DNA from: an uncultured Nitrospiraceae bacterium | GTDB taxonomy: Bacteria > Nitrospirota > Nitrospiria > Nitrospirales > Nitrospiraceae | Direction of reading: 5' to 3' | Assembly: GCA_963846575.1 (NCBI GenBank) | Contig: CAWJWJ010000001.1 | Coordinates: forward strand, 1,244,530 to 1,308,529 | DNA: 64,000 nucleotides | In this document: piece after piece, positions 1 through 9,545 of the stretch | Numbering within the stretch: position 1 is the first letter of the stretch | Layout: each line of letters starts with the position of its first letter | The notes under the pieces: generated by a model | What the model was told of the DNA's origin: nothing | What the model saw: the letters and a program-made list of their open reading frames with translations, nothing else | The model's database searches: none | Program-made: the position numbers and the translations under genes

Positions 1-1840
1 CTTGCGCGAGGACCCCGGTGCTGGAGGCGATCGCTTCCAGCTCCTCCGGCGGTATCTGTTCCCGCAAGACACGCTCGACCTCGGCGACCTGATCGACGGT
101 TTTTTCCACCCGCTGCCCCACCGGCGCCCGGAGCACGATGCGAAACTGGCTTTCATCGGAAACCGGAAGGAACTCCGTTCCGATGAAGGGCAGCAGCAGC
201 AGCGAACTCACGAAGATCGCGATGACGGAGAGGATCAATGTCCGTCGATGCGCCAGGACCCAGCGCAGGCTGCGCTCATAGCCTTCATCAAGCGCCTCGT
301 AGCGTCGCTGGCTCCACCGCATGATCCGTACGAACCAGTTGGGCAGGTTGCGATGGGCATCCTGTTCGGATTTCAAGAATCGATAACAGAGCGCCGGCGT
401 GACGGTGCGGGAGACGAAGAATGAGGTGAATAAGGCGATGGCGATGGTCAGGGTCAGCGGGATGAGCAGCAGGCGCGCGATCCCTACGATAAAAAACATC
501 GGCAGAAAGACGACCACCGTCGTGACCGTGGAAGCGAAGATCGGCATGGCGACCTCGCGGGCGGCATTGACGATCGCGTCCCAACGGTTTCTCTCGACGT
601 TCAAGTGGCGTTGGATGTTCTCCAATTCGACGATCGAGTCGTCCACGAGACGTCCGATGCCGAGGGCCAGCCCTCCCATGGTGAAGACGTTCAGGGTTTG
701 ATTGGTGAAGTAGAGCGCAATGAAGGTCACGAGGATAGACAGCGGGATCGCGACAGAGATGATCAGGGTGCTGGTCAGGTTTCTGAGAAACAGCAGAATC
801 ACCGCCGCCGCGAGCAGCGACCCGTGAAGGGCCTGCTCGATCAGGTTCTTGATGGATTGACGGATGTAGACGGACTGATCGAAGGAGATCCCCAATCGTA
901 CCCCTGGCGGAATGCCGATCATCTTGGGAATGGCTTTCCGCAAGGCGTCGACCACCTCCACCGTATTCGCGATCGGCTGTTTGTTGACCCGGAGGTAGAC
1001 GGAGCGTTTGCCGTCCGTACGGACGACGTTGGTCTGGATGTCGGAGGAATCGGTCAGCGTGCCGATGTCACGGACCCGCACCGGATTGCCTCGCGGATCG
1101 ATCTTGACCACGACGTCGTTGATGGGTTCCACGGTTTTGAACTGTGTGTTCGTGAACACGTTGTAATCGAGGTTGCCCGCCTTGATGTCACCCGACGGAA
1201 GAATTAAGTTGGAGGCCTTCACGGCCTTGACCACGTCGAGAATCGAGAGGCCGCGCGCCTGGAGCAGGGCGGGATCCAGGTTGATGTTGATCTGACGGAT
1301 TTTCCCCCCTTCGACCGTGGCGGCCGCGACATTGGCGATCTGTTCGATCTGCGGCGCGATGGTGTTATACGCCAGATCGTAGAGCGCGCGTTCGTCGAGG
1401 TCCCCGCCGGCTGCCGTGACGATGGCGACCGGAATGTTGGATACATCGAACTTGACGATGAACGGCTGCAGAATGCCGGGCGGCAGGTTGTTCAGGATCT
1501 GCGTGATGCGCTGCATCACCTCCATCTGTCCCACGTTGATATCCGCACCCCAGTTGAACCAGACCTGGACGGCTCCGATGCCCTGTTTGGCGAAGGATTC
1601 GACGTGTTCGACGTTGGACGCTGAGCTGACGGCCTTTTCGATGGGATAAACGACGCTCTGTTCGATGTCGAGGGGCGGGGCGCCCTTGTAGATGACGCCG
1701 ACAAAGGCTACCGGAACCTGAATATTGGGGAAGAGATCGACCGGCAATCGTTCCAGCGAGGTGCCTCCGAGGATCACCATCGCGAGGGACAACATCAGAA
1801 TGCCGATGCGGTTACGAAGTGCGAGGAGCGTCAGCCACAT
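1..1840 (-). CDS. RND efflux transporter permease subunit (AcrB/CusA family), 3' part outside the window
   Basis: Not in the ORF track because it runs off the edge. Manual minus-strand translation from ATG at 1840: MWLTLLALRNRIGILMLSLAMVILGGTSLERLPVDLFPNIQVP...IEQSVVYPIEKAVSS...GGLALGIGRLVDDSIVELENIQRHL, which includes typical RND N-terminal and TM4 motifs. Directly downstream of an MFP gene. Confidence 0.93.
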   Translation of the reverse strand, partial: MWLTLLALRNRIGILMLSLAMVILGGTSLERLPVDLFPNIQVPVAFVGVIYKGAPPLDIEQSVVYPIEKAVSSASNVEHVESFAKQGIGAVQVWFNWGADINVGQMEVMQRITQILNNLPPGILQPFIVKFDVSNIPVAIVTAAGGDLDERALYDLAYNTIAPQIEQIANVAAATVEGGKIRQININLDPALLQARGLSILDVVKAVKASNLILPSGDIKAGNLDYNVFTNTQFKTVEPINDVVVKIDPRGNPVRVRDIGTLTDSSDIQTNVVRTDGKRSVYLRVNKQPIANTVEVVDALRKAIPKMIGIPPGVRLGISFDQSVYIRQSIKNLIEQALHGSLLAAAVILLFLRNLTSTLIISVAIPLSILVTFIALYFTNQTLNVFTMGGLALGIGRLVDDSIVELENIQRHLNVERNRWDAIVNAAREVAMPIFASTVTTVVVFLPMFFIVGIARLLLIPLTLTIAIALFTSFFVSRTVTPALCYRFLKSEQDAHRNLPNWFVRIMRWSQRRYEALDEGYERSLRWVLAHRRTLILSVIAIFVSSLLLLPFIGTEFLPVSDESQFRIVLRAPVGQRVEKTVDQVAEVERVLREQIPPEELEAIASSTGVLAQ

Positions 1841-1922
1841 AAAGCATTCTGCGGGAGATGATTGGGCAACAGGCTCATTGTTACGCCGGCCGGGACGTCC
1901 CTACCCTGTCGGAATGACTGGA

Positions 1923-3095
1923 TCACAATGGTTGGACTTGCACGGACGCGCCTTCACTGACGAGATCCTTTCCGGAGACGATGAGTTGTTCCTCTCCGGT
2001 CAGCCCTTCCAAAACCTCGACACGGTTATCCACACGGGTCCCCAGCCGGACCGGGACCTGATGCGCTTTCCCGTCCTTGACGACATAGACATATTGGGAG
2101 TCCTCCATGCGGCTGACTGCGTCCAGCGGTATTTGGACCGCCTGCGGATGTCTGCCGACCAGGACTTCGACACGGGCGAACATGCCGCCCTTGAGGCGAT
2201 GATCCTTGTTCGGGAGATCGACTTCGACGGTCATCGTGCGAGTGGCGCGATTCAACGCCTGCACAATACGGGTGACCGTGCCCTCGAACACCTCGTTCGG
2301 ATAGGCTTCGGCCCGAACATCTGCGCGCTGGCCGATCTGTATCAAAGGCACGTCCTTCTCCACGACCTCGATGAGGGTGCGGACGGTTTCAACATCATGG
2401 ATACTGAGGATGCCGCGCGACATGGTGGAGGTACTGGCGGTCGTTCCGCTCACATAGGCGCCGGGGTCGAGATTGCGTTCCGCGATATAGCCGGCGAACG
2501 GGGCGCGGATGGAGGCGTAGGCCAGATTCGTTTCGGCCTGGGCCAGCGCCACCGCCATCTGTTGCACCTGGGCGCGCAGGGAATCCTGCAGGGCGAGCGC
2601 CGCATCGCGATTGACCTCTGCCGTATCCAGGTCCTGTTGGGACACGAACTCGTCCTTGATCAGCGCCCGCATGCGGTTGAGCGTCAGCGCGGCGTTGCGT
2701 ACGGCTGCCTCCTGCTGGACGACCTTCGCCTTCGCGGACAACAGATTCGCCTTCGCCTGGTTGACGGCATGGACATAGTCGGTGTGATCGATTTCGACGA
2801 GCAGTTGATTGGCCTTCACCAGGTCGCCCTTGTCCACGTAGATCTTGGCGATATATCCATCCACGCGCGAGAAGATGTTGACGAGTTGGTTCGGGATGAG
2901 GTCGGCGGTGTAGGTCAGCCGCACGTCCAGGTCCTGCCTGACGGGGCTCATGGTGCCGACGGTGAGAATGCGGTTTTTTCGCGCGTCGGTCTTGGCGCCG
3001 CTGCTGAGTCGAAACACGATCAATGCCGTGACGGCCACGAACAGAATGATGCCCAGGATGACGATCGGATGGCGCTTGATGGGGTTACCTGACAC
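1923..3095 (-). CDS. RND efflux periplasmic adaptor (membrane fusion protein)
   Basis: N-terminal TM, lipoyl-like SRVDGYIAKIYVDKGDLVKANQLL, coiled hairpin, IRAPFAGYI; between TetR and RND permease. Confidence 0.93.
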   Translation of the reverse strand: MSGNPIKRHPIVILGIILFVAVTALIVFRLSSGAKTDARKNRILTVGTMSPVRQDLDVRLTYTADLIPNQLVNIFSRVDGYIAKIYVDKGDLVKANQLLVEIDHTDYVHAVNQAKANLLSAKAKVVQQEAAVRNAALTLNRMRALIKDEFVSQQDLDTAEVNRDAALALQDSLRAQVQQMAVALAQAETNLAYASIRAPFAGYIAERNLDPGAYVSGTTASTSTMSRGILSIHDVETVRTLIEVVEKDVPLIQIGQRADVRAEAYPNEVFEGTVTRIVQALNRATRTMTVEVDLPNKDHRLKGGMFARVEVLVGRHPQAVQIPLDAVSRMEDSQYVYVVKDGKAHQVPVRLGTRVDNRVEVLEGLTGEEQLIVSGKDLVSEGASVQVQPL

Positions 3096-3732
3096 GTGAG
3101 GATCCTCGCGGCTTGTTCATGGGCGCACGGGTGAGTCCGTGGAGAAAGAGTTCGACATAGGTGTCCACGATTTCTTTGTGAGAGCAATGCAATGGCACCT
3201 CGAAGATCTCGTGGAGCAGCCGGTGATGGACCACCATGCCGATGAAGGCTCGTGCGGCCAATAGCGGATCGATCGGCCGGAAGACGCCTTCGTCAATCCT
3301 GGTCTGAATGTACCCGGCAAGATAATCGTAAAACACCCGGTGTTGTTTGCCGAAAAACATGTCCGCCAACTCGTGGCCTTCGAGCGCGCTAAAGAGCAGC
3401 AGTCGAAGCATTGTGGGGTCGGCACCGGGACGGATACGGTAGCCGGCAATCTGCATAAAGACACCGTAGTCGTCCCGTTTACGGGCCAGGTGGTCGACGG
3501 CGCCGAGCAGTTCGCTGAGCGGAGCCTTTTCCGCAAGGATGGCTGCGTAGAGCGCTCGCTTGGTGGGAAAGTATTTGAACACCAGAGCCTCGCTGACGCC
3601 GGCGGCGCGGGCGATTTCCTTGGTGGTGGTCCCCTTGAAGCCTTTCGCCGCAAACAAGGCGGAGGCTGAAGAAATCAGGCTGGCCTGTCGATCCCGGCTG
3701 GGACTGCGCGCAAGGACGGTGTGTGAACTCAT
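3085..3732 (-). CDS. TetR/AcrR family transcriptional regulator
   Basis: N-terminal HTH ALFAAKGFKGTTTKEIARAAGVSEALVFKYFPTKRALY; overlaps the MFP start. Confidence 0.95.
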   Translation of the reverse strand: MSSHTVLARSPSRDRQASLISSASALFAAKGFKGTTTKEIARAAGVSEALVFKYFPTKRALYAAILAEKAPLSELLGAVDHLARKRDDYGVFMQIAGYRIRPGADPTMLRLLLFSALEGHELADMFFGKQHRVFYDYLAGYIQTRIDEGVFRPIDPLLAARAFIGMVVHHRLLHEIFEVPLHCSHKEIVDTYVELFLHGLTRAPMNKPRGSSRVR

Positions 3733-3746
3733 CAGTATCTTCTCGA

Positions 3747-3768
3747 GGTGAGTGAGTAATCACTCACC
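3747..3768. promoter_or_regulatory. Putative TetR operator (perfect 9-bp inverted repeat GGTGAGTGA-gtaa-TCACTCACC)
   Basis: Palindrome read directly, 15 nt upstream of the tetR start codon. Confidence 0.7.
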
Positions 3769-3895
3769 GTTCAAGCTACCACGAGCCTGAATGGCAAGAC
3801 AAGAATCTCAGACATGCCGCGAAGGCCCGATCCCTGCGAACCAGGTCGGGATGACGCTCCGTCGGTTCCGGGGCCTGTCCGGCCAGCTTCCCCCA

Positions 3896-4432
3896 TCAAG
3901 GCGCGGGGGCGTTGCTTTCATTGAATTTGGCGCGGAACGCCTGACCTTCAAAGAAGATGATCCCTTGGCCGGTCCGCACATCATACCGAAGGATGATCTC
4001 GCTTTCGTCGCCTTGCCAGTCGAAAAACTTGACGGCCCCTCCGGCCATCTGGCCGGGCGTGCGGTCCAATGGGCCATATCGCTTTTGCAGAAATTCCAGC
4101 AGGCGGTCGTGAGTCTCCTTGCCGTTGTATCGCACCGCCACACGGGCAAAGGCTCCATCGACGGTGCTGAATCGCATGGAGTCGACGGGACTTGCTCCCA
4201 ACGTCGGAGAGGGTCCTCTGAGTTCATACGTACGTACGCGGCCGCTGTCTTCGACCTTTGCGAACGTGTCCGACTCGGAAAAGGCCGCCCCCCAGGGAAT
4301 GCCTTCGAAACCGTTGGGATCATTCTGCATGGGAACGGCGAGCGCGATGGATGCCGGCAGCCACGCGGCAAGAACCAGGAACCTGGCGGCAAGAGTGAAG
4401 AGATTGCGTGAGGCGGCGGCGCTGTTGTGCAT
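3896..4432 (-). CDS. Exported protein of unknown function (paralogue of 4434-4976)
   Basis: Signal peptide (..LPASIALA|VPM); ATG at 4432 lies just after the upstream stop; shares DPxGFxxIPWG, STVDxxFARVxVRY and DRxPGQM with its neighbour. Confidence 0.8.
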   Translation of the reverse strand: MHNSAAASRNLFTLAARFLVLAAWLPASIALAVPMQNDPNGFEGIPWGAAFSESDTFAKVEDSGRVRTYELRGPSPTLGASPVDSMRFSTVDGAFARVAVRYNGKETHDRLLEFLQKRYGPLDRTPGQMAGGAVKFFDWQGDESEIILRYDVRTGQGIIFFEGQAFRAKFNESNAPAP

Positions 4433-4433
4433 G

Positions 4434-4976
4434 TTACTCCGCAGTGTCCGCAATCCGGTCCTGGAATCGCGGGGCCAGGGTGCGGCTCTCGATGAAGATA
4501 AATCCACGGTCTCTATTGGCTTCATAAGTCAGGCTGATTTCCGTATCCGCCCCGCGCCACGTATATTGCTGATTGAGCCCTCGCATCATCTGACCCGGAA
4601 TCCGGTCGATCATCCCATAGGAGCGTTCCAGAAATTTCAGCACCTGTGCATGTGTCTGCGCGCCGCGGTAGCGGACGGTGACACGCGCAAACTGGGCATC
4701 GACAGTGGAGAGTTGTATGCTCTCGACCGGAACCCCGGCATAAAGCGGGGGCTGCTCGCGAAATTCGTACTCCGTGGTGTGGGAATTGGTCCGGGTCACG
4801 ATGAGGTCGGACATCCCGGCAAGCGGGGTACCCCAGGGAATCTGGCGAAACCCGTGTGGGTCGTCTGCCATGGTGATGGCGGATGCCGATCCCGCTGTGG
4901 CGGACAGGAGCGCACTGAGAACCAGAACGCGGCCGACCGAACGGATGGGTGACCATATCGAGGATGTGTAAGGCAT
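4434..4976 (-). CDS. Exported protein of unknown function (paralogue of 3896-4432)
   Basis: Signal peptide (..AGSASA|ITM); same conserved blocks as its neighbour. Confidence 0.82.
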   Translation of the reverse strand: MPYTSSIWSPIRSVGRVLVLSALLSATAGSASAITMADDPHGFRQIPWGTPLAGMSDLIVTRTNSHTTEYEFREQPPLYAGVPVESIQLSTVDAQFARVTVRYRGAQTHAQVLKFLERSYGMIDRIPGQMMRGLNQQYTWRGADTEISLTYEANRDRGFIFIESRTLAPRFQDRIADTAE

Positions 4977-5044
4977 GGCCGACAGATCTCGTTTCGCACG
5001 CTACCATGGTTGTCGAGCTGACGGCAACTGTCGAGCGGCCGTTC

Positions 5045-5073
5045 TTGTGAATGCAGGACCCCTTGGCTATAAT
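5045..5073 (+). promoter_or_regulatory. sigma70-type promoter TTGTGA-N17-TATAAT for the AEP-like operon
   Basis: Perfect -10, 17-nt spacer, 44 nt upstream of ATG 5118. Confidence 0.6.
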
Positions 5074-5117
5074 GCGCGCTCTCGTGCGCAGTCCCTCGGG
5101 CATTAGAGGCGGGGTTC

Positions 5118-5615
5118 ATGATCGACAGCGACGTATTTGTGCAGGCGCTCCAGGAGATGGGCGTCAATTTTTTTACGGGCGTGCCCGATTCAATTCTGGG
5201 CGGGATCATCGAAGAACTGATGACACGCAAAGCCTATACTCCCGCCGTGCGGGAGGATGAAGCCGTCGCCATGGCCGCGGGCGCCTACATGGCCGGAAAG
5301 GTACCCGCCGTGCTCATGCAGAATTCAGGGCTGGGCACTTCGCTGAACACGCTGATTTCCCTTAATATGATCTATCGGCAGCCTTGTATTTTGCTCGTGT
5401 CGTGGCGGGGAGCTCAAGGCAATGACGCACCGGAGCATCTCGTCATGGGAGAGACCATGGTGCCGCTGCTCGAGACGATGAAGATCCCCCACCGGATCCT
5501 GTCGGAGCAAACGATGGCGGATGATTTCCGGTGGATGGGACAAACGTTTATGAAACAGCGCATTCCGCTCGCGCTCGTGATCAAGAAGGGCATTGTCAAA
5601 GGGCTGCACCCATGA
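5118..5615 (+). CDS. Phosphonopyruvate/sulfopyruvate decarboxylase, alpha (Pyr-domain) subunit
   Basis: FFTGVPDSIL, REDEAVAMAAGAY, MQNSGLG and SWRG...DAPEH motifs of Ppd/ComD. Confidence 0.88.
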   Translation: MIDSDVFVQALQEMGVNFFTGVPDSILGGIIEELMTRKAYTPAVREDEAVAMAAGAYMAGKVPAVLMQNSGLGTSLNTLISLNMIYRQPCILLVSWRGAQGNDAPEHLVMGETMVPLLETMKIPHRILSEQTMADDFRWMGQTFMKQRIPLALVIKKGIVKGLHP

Positions 5616-6190
5616 GGCCGGAAGAAGGCACCATGCAGAGCCGGGCCCAGGCCATGGCCGCGTTGCTGGAATTGTTGACGGATCAGCCGGTGATCGTATG
5701 CAATGGATTTCCTTCCCGGGAGGCGCAGAAGCTTGCGGACCGGCCGACCCACTTCTACATGATCGGGTCGATGGGGAATGCGGCCGCGATCGGACTCGGT
5801 GTGGCATTGGCCAAGCCCGCCAAGCAAGTCATCGTGTTCGACGGGGACGGGAATGTCCTGATGGGAATGGGAACCCTGGCGACCGTGGGCGCCTTGAAGC
5901 CGAAAAACTTCATTCATGTCGTCTTCGATAATGAAGTGTACGGGTCGACCGGCAACCAGCCGACGATCTCCAACGTGGTCCCGCTGGAAAAGGTGGCGAA
6001 GGCCGCAGGGTATGCCCATGTGGAGCGGGTGCTCGACCGGGACGATCTGCTGTATGAGTTCAAAGATCTGCTGAAAAAAGACGGGCCGAGCATGTTGCTG
6101 ATCAAGGTCAACGAATTCGTGGAAGATGCCGGCCGTATCCTCCATGAGCCGCCGGCCATCACCGCTCGGTTCATGAAAGCGATTGAATAG
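5612..6190 (+). CDS. Phosphonopyruvate/sulfopyruvate decarboxylase, beta (ThDP-binding) subunit
   Basis: FYMIGSMG and ThDP motif DGDGNVLMGMG...VFDNEVYGSTGNQPT; ATGA overlap with alpha. Confidence 0.88.
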   Translation: MRPEEGTMQSRAQAMAALLELLTDQPVIVCNGFPSREAQKLADRPTHFYMIGSMGNAAAIGLGVALAKPAKQVIVFDGDGNVLMGMGTLATVGALKPKNFIHVVFDNEVYGSTGNQPTISNVVPLEKVAKAAGYAHVERVLDRDDLLYEFKDLLKKDGPSMLLIKVNEFVEDAGRILHEPPAITARFMKAIE

Positions 6191-6252
6191 CCCCGTGTGC
6201 TGAGTGTGATGTGTGGGGCCGCGCCGCTCAGTTTCGATCCACAGCCTGAGGC

Positions 6253-7353
6253 ATGAACATGATACTTTTGAATCCAGGTCCGGTGAACGTGAGCGAACGG
6301 GTGCGACAGGCCTTGATGCGCCCGGACATCTGCCATCGAGAAGCCGAGTTCTCTGAACTTCTGAGTCGGATTCAGCAGAAATTACTGACGGCGTTCGTGC
6401 CGGGGGCGGAATCCGACTATGTGGCGGTTGTCTTGTCCGGCTCCGGCACCGCCGCAGTGGAGTCTGCCGTGATGTCCTGCCTTCCGACTGGAAAACGCAT
6501 GCTCGTGCTTAACAACGGGGTCTATGGCGAGCGGCTGTCCAACATGATCGGATTGCATCGACTCGGCGTGTCCGAACTGAAGTCCGAATGGCACATCAAG
6601 CCCGATCCGGAGCGGGTGCGGTTGGCATTGCGCCAGCATCCCGAGGTGCACGCGGTTGCCATGGTCCACCATGAAACGACCACCGGCTTGATTAATCCCA
6701 TCAAGGAAATTGCGGAGGTTGTCGATAGTCAGAACCGCGTGTTTGTGGTCGACTCCGTGAGCGGCCTCGGCGGCGAAAGCATCGATATCGCCGGCTCGCA
6801 CATGTATATGGTGGCGGGTACCGCCGGAAAGTGCATCCAAGGTTTTCCCGGTGTTTCTTTCGTTCTCCTGCGCAAAGGGTTTTTGGAACGGATGCGCGGC
6901 TATCCCAAGCGGTCGTGGTATCTCCACATGACCCACTATGTGGACGATCAGGGCAGGGGAATGGTGCCCTTTACCCCGGCCGTCCAAGTCTATTACGCCT
7001 TTGAGGAGGCCTTGAACGAATTGTTGGAGGAGGGAGTTGCCAACCGGGCACAGCGATACCGGCGGACTGCCACGCGCATCCGGGAGCGCCTCGCGCAACT
7101 GGGCGTCAAATCCTTGTTGCCGGCGGAGTCCCAATCGAATACCATCACGGCGTTTCATCTGCCTGCCGGCCTCACCTATGCGTTTTTGCACGATCAATTG
7201 AAAACCCGTGGCTACGTGATCTACGCAGGGCAGGGGCAGTTGGAGTCGAAGATTTTCCGTATTGCCAATATGGGCGCGTTGACCGAATCGGACATCCAGG
7301 GATTTCTCACGGCCTTCGAGCAGGTGCTCGCGGGCGCTGCCGTGCACACATGA
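6253..7353 (+). CDS. 2-aminoethylphosphonate aminotransferase-like (class V PLP enzyme, PhnW/AepZ family)
   Basis: LLNPGPV, LSGSGTAAVES, NNGVYGERL, MVHHETTTGLINP, VDSVS, GKCIQGFPG (PLP lysine), FTPAVQ, GYVIYAGQG, FRIANMG. Confidence 0.88.
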   Translation: MNMILLNPGPVNVSERVRQALMRPDICHREAEFSELLSRIQQKLLTAFVPGAESDYVAVVLSGSGTAAVESAVMSCLPTGKRMLVLNNGVYGERLSNMIGLHRLGVSELKSEWHIKPDPERVRLALRQHPEVHAVAMVHHETTTGLINPIKEIAEVVDSQNRVFVVDSVSGLGGESIDIAGSHMYMVAGTAGKCIQGFPGVSFVLLRKGFLERMRGYPKRSWYLHMTHYVDDQGRGMVPFTPAVQVYYAFEEALNELLEEGVANRAQRYRRTATRIRERLAQLGVKSLLPAESQSNTITAFHLPAGLTYAFLHDQLKTRGYVIYAGQGQLESKIFRIANMGALTESDIQGFLTAFEQVLAGAAVHT

Positions 7354-8069
7354 AAGCCATTATTCTGGCCGCCGGAGTCGGCAAGCGTCTCTGGCCGGTG
7401 ACTCAACATAAGCCGAAGTGTCTGATCGAAATCGGCGGGCAGACGCTGCTGTCCCGCTATCTCGAGGTGTTGGCGAGCGTCAAGATCAAGGATGTCACGA
7501 TTGTGGTCGGATACAAGCAGGAGATGATCCGGGCCGCGGTCGGGACGCAGTACAAGGGCGTCAGCATCACCTATCTCGTGAACGAAGAGTTTCACCGTGG
7601 CAGCATTTCCTCGCTTTGGATCGCGCGGTCGGCGTTTTCCGACGACGTCGTGATTATGGATGCGGATGTGTTGTTCCATCGCGAGATCCTCAGGCGCTTG
7701 GTGCAGTCGCCGTTTACCAACTGCCTGCTGATGGATGACACGGTCAAGCAGACGGGCGAAGAATGCATGGTGGTGGTCCAGGGCGGGCGGGTGGTCGCCT
7801 TGAGCAAAAAGATGCCCGAGCGGTACGATGTCGCGGGCGAGGGCGTGGGATTTCTTAAGGTGCGGCGAGCCGATACGGCCCATGTCATCGGTTCACTCAA
7901 ACAGTATGTCGATCAAGGCCGCTGGGAGATGGAGTATGAAGACGGCTTGCTCCAGTATTTTCAGGACGTGAAAGTCGGACACGAAAAGATCGGGGGGCTT
8001 CCTTGGACGGAAATCGACTTCCCCGAGGACATCACGCGGGCCGAGCGCGAGATCTTGCCGCGGCTGTAA
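7350..8069 (+). CDS. Phosphocholine/phosphonate cytidylyltransferase family (LicC/PntC-like NTP transferase)
   Basis: KAIILAAGVGKRL..PKCL, MDADVLF, GEGVGF, WTEIDFPEDI. Confidence 0.87.
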   Translation: MKAIILAAGVGKRLWPVTQHKPKCLIEIGGQTLLSRYLEVLASVKIKDVTIVVGYKQEMIRAAVGTQYKGVSITYLVNEEFHRGSISSLWIARSAFSDDVVIMDADVLFHREILRRLVQSPFTNCLLMDDTVKQTGEECMVVVQGGRVVALSKKMPERYDVAGEGVGFLKVRRADTAHVIGSLKQYVDQGRWEMEYEDGLLQYFQDVKVGHEKIGGLPWTEIDFPEDITRAEREILPRL

Positions 8070-8090
8070 GTTCTTCGAGACAGGATTGCC

Positions 8091-9545
8091 ATGAGCGAAA
8101 GCACACTGGAACGCGGCGCTGAATTGCAGGGATTGAGCACGGCCATTTTGTTGCCGGGCGCCGCTCTCTTCGGCAATCGCCCCGGTCGGGGTGTGACCGA
8201 CGTCGGTCCGCTCACCCTCATCGGAGGGCTCAGTCTCTTCCAACGTACGGTGCTCACGCTGCAGAGAGCCGGTATTCGCCAGCTCATCATCCTGGCGGGC
8301 GCCGACGAAGAGTTGCTCAAACACACGCTGGGGAGAGGGGCCCGGGTCACGATTCCGGTTCGATGGATGCCGGTCAGGGAGTTCCCGCTCGACGATCCCC
8401 GTACCTGGGAATCGCTGGCCACCGAGATGCGCGGATTCTGTCTGGTCGCCGGGGTTCAGGCATTGTTTTCCAGAAGCCTGATCGAACACCTACGACAGAC
8501 GGTGCGTGACGGCGAAGCGGTCGTCGTGACACGCGAAACCGGCGCGATCGAACCAGCGGTGGGCCGGCGGAACCCGGCTGTCGCGTTCGAGGAAGGCCGG
8601 CTCGTTTCTTTCCGTCACGACACGGCCGCTGAAGGCCAGCAGGTAGCCGCCGATCTGGTCGTGTTGCCGGCGAGTATCCTCAGCCGCCCGGACGGGCCGT
8701 CCTCTTCGACCGGTGACGCCGGCTCAGACGCACTGGGGATGGTCCCCGTGCGCCGGTGGCTTGAGCGGGCGGCGGCCGAAGGTCGGGTGCGGGTTGTGTC
8801 GGCCGCATCCCACGCGGGACTTTGGTACCGAGACGTGTGGGACCAGACGAGCGCCGGCATTGCAGAGCGCACCCTCTTGCGTTCGCTCAAGGGAGAGGCT
8901 GAAGGATTCGTCGACCGGTACTTCAATCGGACCTTCTCCCGGCTGCTGACAAGAGCCTTTCTGTGGATGAAATGCTCGCCCAATACGATCACCATGATTG
9001 CAACGGCGGTTGGGTTGTTCGCAGCCATCGGGTTCGGGTGGGGGACCTACCAAGCCGGGATCATTGCCGCATTGTTATTTCAATTGGCGGCGGTGATTGA
9101 TTGCTGCGACGGGGAAGTCGCCCGCCTCACCTTTAGCGAATCAGCGTTCGGCGCATGGCTCGACATCACCATGGACAATGTGGTGCATATCGCCATTTTC
9201 GCCGGGATCGCCTGTGGAGCCTATTTGCGGCAATCCGGAACCGAGGGCGCCTGGGTGCCCCTGGCCCTCGGTGGTGCGGCTGTATTAGGTAATGTGATGT
9301 CCTTCTGGTTGGTGACGAAGGCCCAAAAGATCGGCGCGACGGGGGGCTGGCATACGCCGACACAGGCCGCTTGGTCTGACTTTATTCTCAAGAACGTTGC
9401 CAGCCGGGACTTCTCCGTGGTGGTGCTCCTCTTCGCGATACTGGATAAGCTCGAATGGTTTCTGTGGATGGCCGCGCTCGGGTCAACGGTGTTTTGGCTG
9501 TTGATGGTCTGGGTCATTCGCCCGTCGGCACGCGCTCGTGCTTAA
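8091..9545 (+). CDS. CDP-alcohol phosphotransferase with N-terminal degenerate nucleotidyltransferase-like domain
   Basis: CDP-AP signature DCCDGEVARLTFSESAFGAWLDITMD with TM helices; N-terminal GGLSLFQRTVLTLQRAGIRQLIILAG resembles NTP transferases but has no GxGxR loop. Confidence 0.85.
   Translation: MSESTLERGAELQGLSTAILLPGAALFGNRPGRGVTDVGPLTLIGGLSLFQRTVLTLQRAGIRQLIILAGADEELLKHTLGRGARVTIPVRWMPVREFPLDDPRTWESLATEMRGFCLVAGVQALFSRSLIEHLRQTVRDGEAVVVTRETGAIEPAVGRRNPAVAFEEGRLVSFRHDTAAEGQQVAADLVVLPASILSRPDGPSSSTGDAGSDALGMVPVRRWLERAAAEGRVRVVSAASHAGLWYRDVWDQTSAGIAERTLLRSLKGEAEGFVDRYFNRTFSRLLTRAFLWMKCSPNTITMIATAVGLFAAIGFGWGTYQAGIIAALLFQLAAVIDCCDGEVARLTFSESAFGAWLDITMDNVVHIAIFAGIACGAYLRQSGTEGAWVPLALGGAAVLGNVMSFWLVTKAQKIGATGGWHTPTQAAWSDFILKNVASRDFSVVVLLFAILDKLEWFLWMAALGSTVFWLLMVWVIRPSARARA

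Noticed and set aside
1725..3092. 455-aa plus-strand ORF (and the plus-strand ORFs in 2-1649)
   Set aside because: Antisense shadows of the MFP and RND genes; no recognisable motifs; expected in GC-rich DNA
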